A stretch of DNA of 63,644 nt, the filler included. It is 6 parts of 6 records of this genome, joined end to end, with 100 filler letters (N's around TTAATTAATTAA, not from the genome) between each part and the next. Parts side by side here need not be neighbours in the genome. Positions count along the whole stretch, not along the records: positions 41,089 to 54,065 come from SRR20825019_1271; 5 more parts are not named here. One strand, written 5' to 3'. The notes beneath the pieces were generated by a model. The model had not been told where the DNA came from. It was given only the letters and a program-made list of their open reading frames with translations, and did not search any database. This document shows positions 41,219 through 51,626 of the stretch, piece by piece. How positions within the stretch are numbered: the first letter of the stretch is position 1; each line of letters starts with the position of its first letter. The translations under genes and the position numbers were made by a program.

Positions 41219-42726
41219 TATGCTTTTCCCCTCAACCGTTCGAAACGGACACCGAGTTCCGCGCCAGCGCTGCCAAGACGGGCGGCCTGCTCATCGGTTT
41301 GTTGCTGATATTTTTTGAGCGTGTCGCGGTAGCCGGCAATGGCGCGGCCGAGCGGTTCTTCCGCCGGACCGCCGAAACGGGAGCGCACGCTGACAAAATA
41401 TTCCGGCGAGACGATCTCGCGGAAGGCGGCCTCGTCAAGCGCGGTCTCGCGGCCGGCATGGGCGGCGAAGGCCTTGCGGAACGGCGCATAGCCATCGCTT
41501 GCAAGCGCGCCGGAGGCGGCAACGACCGCACGGGCGACATCGGCGGCGATCTCGTGGGCCTGGCGGAACGAGAGTTCCTCGCGCCGCACCAGCGAATCCG
41601 CAAGCTCGGTGATGGTGATGCAGGAGCGGTCGAGATTGGCGGCCACCTTCTCACCATTGACACGGACGGCGGCGATCATGCTCGCCATCAGATCGAGCAC
41701 GCGGAAGCCGGTGTCGAAGGCCTGGTAGCCCATCGCCTGGGTCTCGCCCTCGCTGTCGTTCATGTCGGTGAACGGGGTGTTGTGCATCACCGTCAGCACG
41801 GTCTGCGCCCGCCCGACGGTCTGGCTGGCGAGATGGCGCATATGCTCGATCGGCACCGGGTTGCGCTTTTGCGGCATGATCGAGGAAATCTGCACCAGCG
41901 CGTTCGGCACGTAGAGCTGGCCGACCTCGAAGCTGGTCCAGAACTGGAAATCCTGGATCAGCCGGCCGAGGTGGAGGAACATCAGTTCGAGCGCCGAATA
42001 GGTGCCGGTGATATAGTCGACGGCGGCGATGCAGCTGTAGGAATTCTGCAGCGGAGCCTCGAAGCCGAGAAGCTCCGCCATGAGATGCCGGTCGATCGGA
42101 AAACCCGACGTGGTGATCGCGGCAGCGCCCATCGGCGACAGGTCGACCGTCTTGCGGGCCGCAAACAGCCGTTCGATATCGCGGGCAAGCACCTCGATCG
42201 CGGCGGCGAGATAATGGCCGAACGTGGTCGGCTGGGCTGGCTGACCGTGGGTATAGGCAACGATCAGCGTCGCCTTCTCGCGCTCCGCGGTGTCGATCAT
42301 CGCCGCGAGCAGGCCGAGCGCCTTGTGAAGCGCTAAATCGATGTAGCGGCGCAGGCCGAGCTTGAACAGCGTGTGGTCGATGTCGTTGCGCGAGCGGGCG
42401 GTGTGCAGCCTGCCGCCGAGATCAGGGCCGAGCCGGGCCTTCAGCTCCTTCTCGATCAGGAAGAAGAAATCCTCGACCTCGCCGGTATATTCGAGCGCCG
42501 CCGGATCGACCTCGGCGTCGATGGCGACCAGCGCCTCCGCGATCTTTCCCGCCTGTTCGGCGCTGAGGATTCCGGTCTGGGCCAGCATCACGAGATGGGC
42601 GCGGTCGATGGCGCGGAAACCGTCGACGAAATGGGTTTTTGCGCCGTCAAACAATGGCTTGAGCACGGTTTCCTTGTAAACGGGGTCGGGAAAACGGCTG
42701 GTGTCGGATATTGCGGGGTTCTGCAT
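41218..42726 (-). CDS. Argininosuccinate-lyase-like C-N lyase (fumarase/aspartase superfamily), probably not housekeeping ArgH
   Basis: [36 protein letters not shown]; embedded in a sugar ABC operon. Confidence 0.85.
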   Translation of the reverse strand: MQNPAISDTSRFPDPVYKETVLKPLFDGAKTHFVDGFRAIDRAHLVMLAQTGILSAEQAGKIAEALVAIDAEVDPAALEYTGEVEDFFFLIEKELKARLGPDLGGRLHTARSRNDIDHTLFKLGLRRYIDLALHKALGLLAAMIDTAEREKATLIVAYTHGQPAQPTTFGHYLAAAIEVLARDIERLFAARKTVDLSPMGAAAITTSGFPIDRHLMAELLGFEAPLQNSYSCIAAVDYITGTYSALELMFLHLGRLIQDFQFWTSFEVGQLYVPNALVQISSIMPQKRNPVPIEHMRHLASQTVGRAQTVLTVMHNTPFTDMNDSEGETQAMGYQAFDTGFRVLDLMASMIAAVRVNGEKVAANLDRSCITITELADSLVRREELSFRQAHEIAADVARAVVAASGALASDGYAPFRKAFAAHAGRETALDEAAFREIVSPEYFVSVRSRFGGPAEEPLGRAIAGYRDTLKKYQQQTDEQAARLGSAGAELGVRFERLRGKA

Positions 42727-42729
42727 GGT

Positions 42730-43587
42730 TTATCCCTTGACGCCGGCGAGCATGACCCCGCGCACGATATAGCGCTGGAAGATCAGGAACACGAGCAACG
42801 TCGGTATGGTGGCAAGAGCGGCGCCAGTCATGATCATCTCCCACTCGATCTGGGCCTCGACGGCAAAGGAGGAGAGGCCGACCGGCAGCGTGTAGAGCTC
42901 GCTGGAGGTGGTGACGATCAGCGGCCAGAAGAACGCCGTCCAGTTGCCGAGGAAGGTGAAGATCGCGAGCGCCGAGAGCGCGGGTGCGACCAGCGGCATC
43001 GCGATCTTCCACCAGATGACGAATTCATTCATGCCGTCGATGCGGGCGGCCTCCATGAAATCGTCCGGCACGCCCTCGAAGAACTGGCGCATCAGGAAGG
43101 TGCCGAACCCGGTCATCATGCCGGGGAACATGATGCCCCAGTAGCTGTCGAGCCAGCCGAAATTGGCCGACATCAGATACCACGGGATCACCAGCATCTC
43201 GGTCGGGATCATCAGCGTCGACAGGATCGCGAGGAAGATGAAGCGGCGGCCGCGGAACCGGAACTTTGCCAGCGTATAGCCAACCAGACTGTCGAAGAAC
43301 ACGTTCGAGCAGGTGACAATGGTGGCGACCAGCAGCGAGTTGAAGAACCAGCGCGTGAAACCGGACGAGGTCAGCACCTCGATATAATTGGCGAAGGTCG
43401 GGTCCTGCGGGATCAGCCGCAGGTCGTAGACCTGGCTCGACGGCTTCAGCGAGGTCGAGAACATGAACAGGATCGGCGTGATCATCACGATGCCGCCAAT
43501 CAGCAGCAGCGTCCACATCAGCACATAGCCGGGACGCACTTTCGGGCGATAGCGCGCGGCCGCGTTCTCGCGGGTGATATCGGTCAT
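42730..43587 (-). CDS. Carbohydrate ABC permease (MalG-like)
   Basis: EAARIDG loop, TLPVGL; ATG 43587 overlaps the upstream stop. Confidence 0.92.
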   Translation of the reverse strand: MTDITRENAAARYRPKVRPGYVLMWTLLLIGGIVMITPILFMFSTSLKPSSQVYDLRLIPQDPTFANYIEVLTSSGFTRWFFNSLLVATIVTCSNVFFDSLVGYTLAKFRFRGRRFIFLAILSTLMIPTEMLVIPWYLMSANFGWLDSYWGIMFPGMMTGFGTFLMRQFFEGVPDDFMEAARIDGMNEFVIWWKIAMPLVAPALSALAIFTFLGNWTAFFWPLIVTTSSELYTLPVGLSSFAVEAQIEWEMIMTGAALATIPTLLVFLIFQRYIVRGVMLAGVKG

Positions 43588-44546
43588 GTCTTGTCCCTCA
43601 GTATCCAGAGCTGCAGGAGCGAGATGACCAGCAAAATCAGGAAGAGAACCACGGTCTGCGCGGCGGCATAGCCCATCTGGTAGGATGAGAAGGCCGACTG
43701 GTAGATCATCAGCACCAGCGGTTTTGTGGAGCCGAGCGGGCCGCCGGGATCGTTGGTGGTCATGTTGTAGACCTGATCGAATATCCGGAGGAATCCGATC
43801 GAGGACAGAACCACGAGGAAGACGGTGGTGGGTTTCAAAAGCGGCAGCGTAATCCGGCGCAGGATCGCCCATTCGCCGAGCCCATCGATGCGCGCGGCCT
43901 CGTAGAAGGTCGTCGGGATGGCGCGCAGGCCCGCCATGAAGATAATGATCTGGAAGCCGAGCCCGGCCCAGATTGCCGTCACCATGATCGAGGGCAGCGC
44001 CTGCGTTGTCGAGCGCAGGAACGGCTGCTGCGCAAGGCCGAACTGGGCGAGCACATCGTTGATAACGCCGATCGGCGCAGGCTGATAGAACCAGCGCCAG
44101 ACCCAGGCCATCGCTGCGGCCGTCGTCAGAAACGGCAGGAAATAGAGCGCGCGGATGAAGCCGTGGCCGAAGCGGACACGGTCGAGAAAGAAGGCGATCG
44201 TGAACGACAGCACCAGCGAGATCGGCGTGCCGAACACCAGATAGGCGAAGGTGTTCTTGAACACCTTCCAGAACGCCGGATCGGCGAACATTTTCCGGTA
44301 GTTTTCCAGGCCGATGAATTTCGGCGGCTTCATCAGGTTCCAGTCCGTCAACGACAGCCGGAAGGCGTCGAGTGTCGGATAGAACCGGATGACGCTGTAA
44401 AACAGCACCGGCAGCGCCAGAAAGGTCCAGACCCAGATCAGCCGCTTGGTGTGCATGGAGAAACGGTCGGAAAAGCCGCCGCCTTCGGGGCGGCCATGGG
44501 GGCGGCTCGTGGCCGCCCCTCTGATTGTTTCAGCCTGAACGGGCAT
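43584..44546 (-). CDS. Carbohydrate ABC permease (MalF-like)
   Basis: FIGLENY, YEAARIDG, ITLPLLKP, GYAAA. Confidence 0.92.
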   Translation of the reverse strand: MPVQAETIRGAATSRPHGRPEGGGFSDRFSMHTKRLIWVWTFLALPVLFYSVIRFYPTLDAFRLSLTDWNLMKPPKFIGLENYRKMFADPAFWKVFKNTFAYLVFGTPISLVLSFTIAFFLDRVRFGHGFIRALYFLPFLTTAAAMAWVWRWFYQPAPIGVINDVLAQFGLAQQPFLRSTTQALPSIMVTAIWAGLGFQIIIFMAGLRAIPTTFYEAARIDGLGEWAILRRITLPLLKPTTVFLVVLSSIGFLRIFDQVYNMTTNDPGGPLGSTKPLVLMIYQSAFSSYQMGYAAAQTVVLFLILLVISLLQLWILRDKT

Positions 44547-44554
44547 TTGGCGCC

Positions 44555-45805
44555 TCACATCGCTTCGTCGATGATCTTCTGTTCCTGCGCGGCTGCTTCC
44601 TTGATGCTGTCAGCAGGCGACTGGCCATTGAGGAGCACCCGGTTCGCCATATCGATGGCGACCTGACGCTGCGCCGATTCATCAACAAACAGCGTGGTGT
44701 GGGCATATTCCAGGCCCTTCAGGAACGGACCGTAGATCGGGTTCGACACATTTTTTTCGGTGAGCGCCACTTCGCGACGGGCCGGCAGTTCGCCGACGAC
44801 GTCGAGCCAGACTTCCATGGCTTCAGGCGAGGTCAGATAGGCCAGGAATTTTTCCGAGGCTTCAAGCTCCTCACCCTTCACCTTGGCGCCGATGCCATTG
44901 GCGAAATAGCTCGAATAGTTGGAACGCATTCCGTCGGCATTGGCCGGAAGCTCGGTGACGCCCCATTCGAAATCCTCGATCCCGCCGAACGAGCCGAGAC
45001 GGAACGTGCCGTCAATGGTCATACCGGCGCGGCCGCCCTTGAAGGCTGCCTGGGCTTCATCCATGAAGCCTGCCTGGCCGACCTTCTCCTTGAGCTGGAG
45101 ATCGGTGTAGAAGGCCAGTGCTTCCGTGCCTTCGGGGCTGTCATAGGTGACCTTGCGATAGTCATCGGTATAGGGAACGCCGCCATACTGGCGCACCAGC
45201 ACTTCGCGCCACCACTGGTGGTCCTGACCGGCCATGTCGAGCGTCATGCCTTCAACGGTAATGTTGCCGGCATCGTCATGCTTGGCGATCGCCTTGGCGG
45301 CGGTGACCAGTTCGTCCAGCGTCTGCGGCGGGCTGTTGGGATCAAGGCCGTTCTCTTCGAACAGCTTCTTGTTATAAAACAGCGCCAGCGAACGCACCGC
45401 CGTCGGCAGGCCGTAATATTCGCCGTCGCGCTTCATCGCAGTCACGATCGGGAAGAACTCGCTCTCGATCTTGTCCTGCGGAAAGGCATCGTGCGACAAT
45501 GGCTGCAGCAGGTTTCCGGCCACGAACTTGTCAAGCCAGCCATAGAACAGCTGCATCACGTCCGGACCCTTGCCGGCCATGTTGGCGGCGACGATGCGGG
45601 TCTGGTAATCGGCGTAGGGGAAAGTCACCTGCTTGACGGTGATATCCGGATTGGCTTCCTCGAATTTCTCGATCAGCTGATCCATCGCGGTGACGCGGGT
45701 TTCATAGATATACTGCCAGTATTCGATCTCGACCGCGTTGGCCGGTGCGACGGAATAGAGGCTGATACCGGACATCAGTCCGGCGAGCAAAAGTGCCTTG
45801 CGCAT
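44555..45805 (-). CDS. Carbohydrate ABC substrate-binding protein (SBP family 1)
   Basis: Signal peptide, FEEANPDITV, GPDV, YGLP......LFYNKKLFEE.GL. Confidence 0.9.
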   Translation of the reverse strand: MRKALLLAGLMSGISLYSVAPANAVEIEYWQYIYETRVTAMDQLIEKFEEANPDITVKQVTFPYADYQTRIVAANMAGKGPDVMQLFYGWLDKFVAGNLLQPLSHDAFPQDKIESEFFPIVTAMKRDGEYYGLPTAVRSLALFYNKKLFEENGLDPNSPPQTLDELVTAAKAIAKHDDAGNITVEGMTLDMAGQDHQWWREVLVRQYGGVPYTDDYRKVTYDSPEGTEALAFYTDLQLKEKVGQAGFMDEAQAAFKGGRAGMTIDGTFRLGSFGGIEDFEWGVTELPANADGMRSNYSSYFANGIGAKVKGEELEASEKFLAYLTSPEAMEVWLDVVGELPARREVALTEKNVSNPIYGPFLKGLEYAHTTLFVDESAQRQVAIDMANRVLLNGQSPADSIKEAAAQEQKIIDEAM

Positions 45806-45977
45806 AAATCTCTCCACTTCCCTTGCAGGCCACAATAGACCTCAGGGCTCTTGTTCCCGAAAACCGCGCTGCCATAAGGCGGCGGCCTGTTCCACTCCAT
45901 CGGCGCCCGCTTTTACGATGCGCCGGGACGCCGTATTCCGGCGCCTCTCCATTACGGTCGCGTGACATCGGGGTTTT

Positions 45978-46013
45978 GTCAATAACATAATCTAATTGAA
46001 TTAATATATTGAC
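45978..46013. promoter_or_regulatory. AT-rich palindrome: likely ROK operator overlapping divergent promoters
   Basis: GTCAATA-acaTAATctAATTgaATTAata-TATTGAC; gives TTGAC(A/G) on both strands. Confidence 0.6.
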
Positions 46014-46061
46014 GTTAGAAAAGTCCCGCATCAGACTGACGACATCAGAAAGCGGAATGAA

Positions 46062-47273
46062 ATGAACGAGAAGACGCGCGGGCAGTTCGCCATCGGCAAC
46101 AATCCGGAACGCAACAGGGAGCACAATCGCAGGGTCGTGCTCGACCTCGTGCGCCAGCACGGCATGCTCGGCCGCATGGAGATTGCGCGCCAGACGCTTC
46201 TCACCGCGCAGGCTGTGGCCAACATCGTTGATGACCTCGTGGGGTCCGGCCTGCTGATCAGCACGGGACGACGGCGTACCGGTCGCGGCCAGCCACCGAT
46301 CCAGTTCGCCGTCAACCCGGAGGGTGCTGCCACCATCGGCGTCGAAATCGCCACCGACCAGATGGTGGTCACGGTGCTCGACCTGACCGGCGTGCTCCGC
46401 TACAAGCGCATCATTCCGCTCGCCGACACCAGCCCGGAACGCTGCCTGCCGGTGTTCGCCCTCGAGGTCGAGCGCGCGCGCAAATCGTTCGATTCGCCGC
46501 TGCTCGGCGTCGGCGTGGTGATGCCGGGGCCGTTCGGCATCGAAGGCATGAGCTTCGTCGGCCCCACGACGTTGCCCGGCTGGAGCGGCATCGACGTGAA
46601 GGCGGCGCTGACGGAGGCCTGCGGCATCGAGGTCGCGCTCGAAAACGACGCGGCCGCCGCAGCCGTTGCCGAACGGCTGTTCGGCGCGGGCCACGCGATA
46701 TCGCATTTCTGCATGCTCTATTTCGGCACCGGCATCGGCCTCGGCATGATCCAGGACGGCGCGCCCTATCGCGGCGCGTTCGGCAATGCCGGCGAGATCG
46801 GCCATGTGCCGGTGGTGCCGTCGGGCCGCCTCTGCCCCTGCGGCCAGCACGGCTGCCTGGAACGCTATGCCTCGCTCCACGCGCTCCATGAAAAATTCGA
46901 TCAAAGCGGCAGGGAACGCCCCCAGATATCTGAAATCGAAAGCCTTTTCGAATCCGGCGACGTCGTGGTTCAGGCGTGGATCGAGGAAGCCGCCTCCCAC
47001 CTGTCGACCGTTATCGGCCTGCTCGAAAACATATTCGATCCGGAAACCATCATCTTCAGCGGCGCGTTTTCCGACAGCGTCATGGACGCCGTGATCGCCC
47101 GCCTGCCGCCGCTGCCGCCCTCCGTCGCCGCCCGCGCCGGGCGCACCCAGCCACGGGTGATGCGCGGCCAGACCGGACAGTACACGGCGGCGCTCGGCGC
47201 TGCCGCTTTGCCGCTCTTCGAAATCCTGACACCGAAACTCGAAACATCGCCATCCGACCAACAGGTGGCCTGA
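46062..47273 (+). CDS. ROK-family transcriptional repressor (NagC/XylR-like)
   Basis: N-terminal HTH, ENDA.AAA.AE, GNAGEIGH, CPCG..GCLE.YAS. Confidence 0.93.
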   Translation: MNEKTRGQFAIGNNPERNREHNRRVVLDLVRQHGMLGRMEIARQTLLTAQAVANIVDDLVGSGLLISTGRRRTGRGQPPIQFAVNPEGAATIGVEIATDQMVVTVLDLTGVLRYKRIIPLADTSPERCLPVFALEVERARKSFDSPLLGVGVVMPGPFGIEGMSFVGPTTLPGWSGIDVKAALTEACGIEVALENDAAAAAVAERLFGAGHAISHFCMLYFGTGIGLGMIQDGAPYRGAFGNAGEIGHVPVVPSGRLCPCGQHGCLERYASLHALHEKFDQSGRERPQISEIESLFESGDVVVQAWIEEAASHLSTVIGLLENIFDPETIIFSGAFSDSVMDAVIARLPPLPPSVAARAGRTQPRVMRGQTGQYTAALGAAALPLFEILTPKLETSPSDQQVA

Positions 47274-47292
47274 AACAACCACGGGGACTAGC

Positions 47293-49668
47293 ATGCTTAC
47301 GCCGCGCCAGCGCATCGAACAGGAAATGGCTTCGTCTTCTCACGTCCGGCTCTACCGGGCGCTCACCCGGCTGACCTCGCCGGTGACGCTGATGAACACC
47401 GGTGCTCATCCCGACGACGAGCAGTCCGGCATGCTGGCCTGGTTCAGCCTCGGCCTTGGCATGCGCGTCATCATCGCCTGCTCGACACGCGGCGAAGGCG
47501 GACAGAATGTGCTCGGGCCGGAGCGGCTCGGCGCGCTCGGCGTGATGCGCACCCGCGAACTGGAAGAGGCCGCCCGCGCACTCGACGCCGATATCCACTG
47601 GCTCGGCCACGGGCCGGACGACCCGGTGCATGATTTCGGCTTTTCCAAGGACGGCGACGCCACCTTTGCCCGCTGGGGCGAGGAACGCACGATCGAGCGG
47701 CTGGTGCGCGCCTACCGCACCGAGCGGCCCGACATTGTCATCCCGACATTCCTCGACGTCCCCGGCCAGCACGGCCACCACCGCGCCATGACCCGCGCGG
47801 CCGAGACCGCGATCCGGCTCGCCGCCGACGACAGCGCCTATCCGGAGCATTTTGCCGAGGGGCTGAAGCCGTGGAAGGTCGCCAAATACTACCTCCCCGC
47901 ATGGTCCGGCGGCGGCGGCACCTATGACGACGACCTGCCGCCGCCGCCGGCGACGCTCACCATCGATGTTCGGGGGACCGACCCCGTGACCGGGGCCGAC
48001 TACGGCCGCATCGGCGAGTGGTCGCGCTATTACCATGCCTCGCAGGGCATGGGCTGGTGGCCGGAGCGCCCGGACCATGACTGGCAGCTTCATCTGCTGC
48101 GCTGCGACGATGCCGGCAAAGAGGAAGCCACGATCCTCGACGGCCTGCCCGCCTCGCTCAGGGATCTTGCCCCCGAGGGCGCGCTCGGCGAGGCGCTGTC
48201 CGCCGTCGACGAGGTCATAGCCGCAGCACTGGCCGCTTTCCCGAATGCCGATGCAGTGCAGCATTGCCTTGCCGAGGCGGCGGGCCGGATCGAGGCGGCG
48301 GAAGCCGCGGCCGACGACGCGTTCCTGGGCCTTCACGGCCATCGCCTGACACGCAAGCGCGCCGAGATCGACGCGGCGCTGCTCGAAAGCGCCCGGATCT
48401 TCGAACGCGCCTATGGCGAGGCCGAATATCTGACGCCGGGCGGGACTGCCACGCTCGCCGTCGTGCTCGGCGAAGGCACGTCCGCCACCGTTGCGCCGAA
48501 CCTGCCGGAGGGCGTCCGCGCCACTGAGGCCACCGAGGCCGCCGGCATCCATCGCTTCACGCTCGCCGCCGATACCGGCGCGCCGCTCTCCAGCCAGTAC
48601 CCGCCGCTGTGGTCCTCGCTCGGCGGCAACGGCCCGGTTTCGGTGACGCTGTCGGCCGAGATCGCCGGACGCGAGGTGACGCGCAGCTTCGATCTCGAAA
48701 CCGCGCTGCCGCTTGCGCCCGCCCACTCCGTCACGCTGAAGCCAAACGCTTTTATCGTTCCGCTTCAAAAGGTTCCGCCGGAACTCTCATTCACCGCCGA
48801 CACCGATCTACCACTTCACTTTAAGACGGTTAACGGCTTCGAGGTCACCGGCGAAGGCGAAAGTTTCAAGGTTAAAATACCTACCAGCCCGACCGCCGGC
48901 CTCACCATCCTGACGCCGGAAGTCGAGGGTCAACCGGCGGCCAACATCACGTCCTTCAGCTATCCGCATATCGGCCGCAACCGCTTTGTCCGGCCGGAGG
49001 TCCTGAGCGTGCTGTCACTCGATCTCAAGCTGCCCGAGGGTGCCCGTGTCGGCTATGTCGGTGGCGGGGCCGACAATGTCGGCACCTGGCTGCAGCGCAT
49101 GGGTCTCGACGTCACCGAGCTCGATGCCAATGCGCTTTCCGGCGACCTTTCGGCCTTCACCACCATCGTCATCGGCATCTTCGCCTTCGGCACACGGCCG
49201 GATCTTGCGGCGGCCACCAAGAAGCTCCATCGCTTCGTCGAGGAGGGTGGCCATCTGGTCACGCTCTATCACCGCCCCTCCGATGGCTGGAACCCGGAGA
49301 CGACGCCGCCGCGCTATCTCAAGATCGGCACGCCGTCGCTGCGTTGGCGCGTCACCAACCCGGCCGCCGATGTCGATGTGCTGCTGCCCGGCCACAAACT
49401 TCTCGCCGGCCCGAATGTCATCGGCCCGCAGGACTGGGCCGGCTGGCACAAGGAACGCGGGCTCTATTTTTCCGCCGAATGGGACGAGGCCTACGAGCCG
49501 CTGCTCGCCATGCACGATGCCGACGAAAAGCCGCTTCTCGGCGCCCTCGTTTCCGCCGCCATCGGCAAGGGACGGCATACGCATACGAGCCTCGTGCTGC
49601 ACCACCAGATGGACCGGCTGACGCCCGGCGCGTTCCGGCTGATGGCGAACCTCGTTCAGCCGGCATGA
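47293..49668 (+). CDS. Large PIG-L/LmbE-family N-deacetylase with C-terminal GATase-like domain
   Basis: AHPDDE, TRGEGGQN..G.E, HGHH; C-terminal W..ERGLYF region; no signal peptide. Confidence 0.85.
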   Translation: MLTPRQRIEQEMASSSHVRLYRALTRLTSPVTLMNTGAHPDDEQSGMLAWFSLGLGMRVIIACSTRGEGGQNVLGPERLGALGVMRTRELEEAARALDADIHWLGHGPDDPVHDFGFSKDGDATFARWGEERTIERLVRAYRTERPDIVIPTFLDVPGQHGHHRAMTRAAETAIRLAADDSAYPEHFAEGLKPWKVAKYYLPAWSGGGGTYDDDLPPPPATLTIDVRGTDPVTGADYGRIGEWSRYYHASQGMGWWPERPDHDWQLHLLRCDDAGKEEATILDGLPASLRDLAPEGALGEALSAVDEVIAAALAAFPNADAVQHCLAEAAGRIEAAEAAADDAFLGLHGHRLTRKRAEIDAALLESARIFERAYGEAEYLTPGGTATLAVVLGEGTSATVAPNLPEGVRATEATEAAGIHRFTLAADTGAPLSSQYPPLWSSLGGNGPVSVTLSAEIAGREVTRSFDLETALPLAPAHSVTLKPNAFIVPLQKVPPELSFTADTDLPLHFKTVNGFEVTGEGESFKVKIPTSPTAGLTILTPEVEGQPAANITSFSYPHIGRNRFVRPEVLSVLSLDLKLPEGARVGYVGGGADNVGTWLQRMGLDVTELDANALSGDLSAFTTIVIGIFAFGTRPDLAAATKKLHRFVEEGGHLVTLYHRPSDGWNPETTPPRYLKIGTPSLRWRVTNPAADVDVLLPGHKLLAGPNVIGPQDWAGWHKERGLYFSAEWDEAYEPLLAMHDADEKPLLGALVSAAIGKGRHTHTSLVLHHQMDRLTPGAFRLMANLVQPA

Positions 49669-49672
49669 TTCC

Positions 49673-50560
49673 GTGAGCGCCGAGACCCCGGCAACCAAGC
49701 CCGAGGAGAAGAACGCGGCAGGCCAGGGTGTCGCCTGGCTGTTCGCAGACATGACGCTGGTGACCTTCATGAGCGCGCTGGTGAAAGCCAACAGCGTCGC
49801 CTATCCGGCGATCCAGCTGGTGTTCATCCGCGCGCTGATCGGCCTTGTCTTCATCGCGCCGATGATCGTGAGGAACCGGGCCGAGCTCGCGGACATGCGC
49901 TATCCGCTGCGCAATGCCTTTCGCGTGACCTGCAACGCGATAGCGCTGACCTCGAACTTCCTCGCCTTCGCCATGCTGCCGCTGGTGATGGTGAACGCGC
50001 TCGGTTTCACCCGGCCGCTGGTGACCATGGGGCTTGCAGCGCTTCTTCTGGGCGAAAAGGTCAGCCGGCTCAGATGGCTCGGCGCAGCCCTTGCGTTCGG
50101 GGGCGCGCTGATCATTGTCTCGCCCGGCGAGATCGCGCTGCATCCGGGCATTCTGGTGGTCGCCGCCAGCATTCTCTTCGGCGCCATGGCGACGATCCAG
50201 ACCCGGAGGATGAAGGACGAGAGCACGATCGTGATGATGGTGTTCTATACGGTCGGCCTCGCCCTTCTCACGGGCATCCCGGCCGTCATCATGTGGCAAC
50301 CCGTGCCGCTCGCCCACTGGCCGGTCCTCGCCCTGATCGGGCTTCTGGCGCAGGCGGGGCAATATTGCTGGCTGAAGGCCTACCAGAAGAGTGACGCCAG
50401 CGTGCTCGCCCCGTTCGGCTATCTGTCGGTGTTCTTTTCCGCCGCCGCCGGTTTCTTCTTCTTTGCCGAAGTCCCGCCGCCGCGCATTTTCGTCGGCGTG
50501 GCGGTAATCCTGCTCGCCTTGCAGGGAACCCGGCTCATCGAGGCGCGGCGGCGGAGATAG
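49673..50560 (+). CDS. DMT/EamA-family transporter
   Basis: About ten TM helices, LLGEKV...RW, LAPF.Y. Confidence 0.88.
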   Translation: MSAETPATKPEEKNAAGQGVAWLFADMTLVTFMSALVKANSVAYPAIQLVFIRALIGLVFIAPMIVRNRAELADMRYPLRNAFRVTCNAIALTSNFLAFAMLPLVMVNALGFTRPLVTMGLAALLLGEKVSRLRWLGAALAFGGALIIVSPGEIALHPGILVVAASILFGAMATIQTRRMKDESTIVMMVFYTVGLALLTGIPAVIMWQPVPLAHWPVLALIGLLAQAGQYCWLKAYQKSDASVLAPFGYLSVFFSAAAGFFFFAEVPPPRIFVGVAVILLALQGTRLIEARRRR

Positions 50561-50565
50561 CTGGC

Positions 50566-51558
50566 CTACGCCACCTTCACAATCATGCGCCCGCGCACCT
50601 TGCCGGCCAGAATATCCTCCGCTGCCTGCGGCAAACCCTGAAGGTCGATTTCCTCGGCGGTGACGAGATCGATATGCTCCGGCGTCAGATTGTTCTGCAG
50701 CAGCCGCCATGCGGCCTCCCGGCGACGTGGCGGCGCGAATACGGAATCGACCCCGATCAGGGTTACCGAGCGCAGGATATGCGGCATCACGGTTGCCGGT
50801 AGGTCGGGCCCGCCCGCAAGACCGCAGGCCGCCACCGCGCCATCGCGCACCGTCTGGGCCAGAACATTGGCAAGCGTGGTGGAGCCGACGCTGTCGATAG
50901 CGCCGATCCAGCGCTCCTCCTGCAACGGCCTGCCGGCCTCCGAAAGTGTCTTGCGATCGACGAAGTCCTTTGCGCCGAGCTGACGCAGGTAGTCATGGGT
51001 CTCGGGTCTGCCTGTCGACGCTGTGACGTGAAAACCGAGCGCGGCAAGCAGCGCCACGGCATAGGAGCCCACGCCGCCCGCAGCACCCGTGACAAGCACG
51101 CTGCCGCCATCCGTCGACAGATTACCCCAGGCAAGAAGCTGATTGACGCAGAGCGCCGCCGTCACGCCCGCCGTGCCGATCGCCATCGTCTGGCGCTGGT
51201 CGAAGCGTTCCGGCTGCTTCATCAGCCATTCGGGCTTCAGCCGCTGATAGGCTGAGAAAGCGCCCCACTCGGTTTCGGAAAGACCGGATCCGGTGGCAAC
51301 CACACGGTCTCCGGGCTGGAACGCAGTGCTTTCCGATTCGATCACCGTGCCGGCGATATCGATGCCCGGCACCATCGGAAACCGGCGCGCGATCCGACCC
51401 TTCCCCGTGACGGAAAGTCCGTCCTTGTAGTTCAGGCTGGAATAGTCGACGCGCACCAGCACCGGCAGGGCGGGCAGATCGTCACGCGTCAGCTCCGTCA
51501 GGATGGCGGCGGGGTGCTCCTTGTCGCGGATCAGCAGCGCGGGAAAGGTCTCGGTCAT
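50566..51558 (-). CDS. YhdH/AcuI-family MDR oxidoreductase (acryloyl-CoA reductase-like)
   Basis: YSSLNYKDGL, VPGIDIAG, VTGAAGGVGS, P.ILR.V.L.GVDSV. Confidence 0.9.
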   Translation of the reverse strand: MTETFPALLIRDKEHPAAILTELTRDDLPALPVLVRVDYSSLNYKDGLSVTGKGRIARRFPMVPGIDIAGTVIESESTAFQPGDRVVATGSGLSETEWGAFSAYQRLKPEWLMKQPERFDQRQTMAIGTAGVTAALCVNQLLAWGNLSTDGGSVLVTGAAGGVGSYAVALLAALGFHVTASTGRPETHDYLRQLGAKDFVDRKTLSEAGRPLQEERWIGAIDSVGSTTLANVLAQTVRDGAVAACGLAGGPDLPATVMPHILRSVTLIGVDSVFAPPRRREAAWRLLQNNLTPEHIDLVTAEEIDLQGLPQAAEDILAGKVRGRMIVKVA

Positions 51559-51626
51559 CGCGGTCTCCTCGGGTTCTGCGATTTTCTCGGGAGAGTAACG
51601 GGGTGCAGGCGAAACGCAATCCGCCT

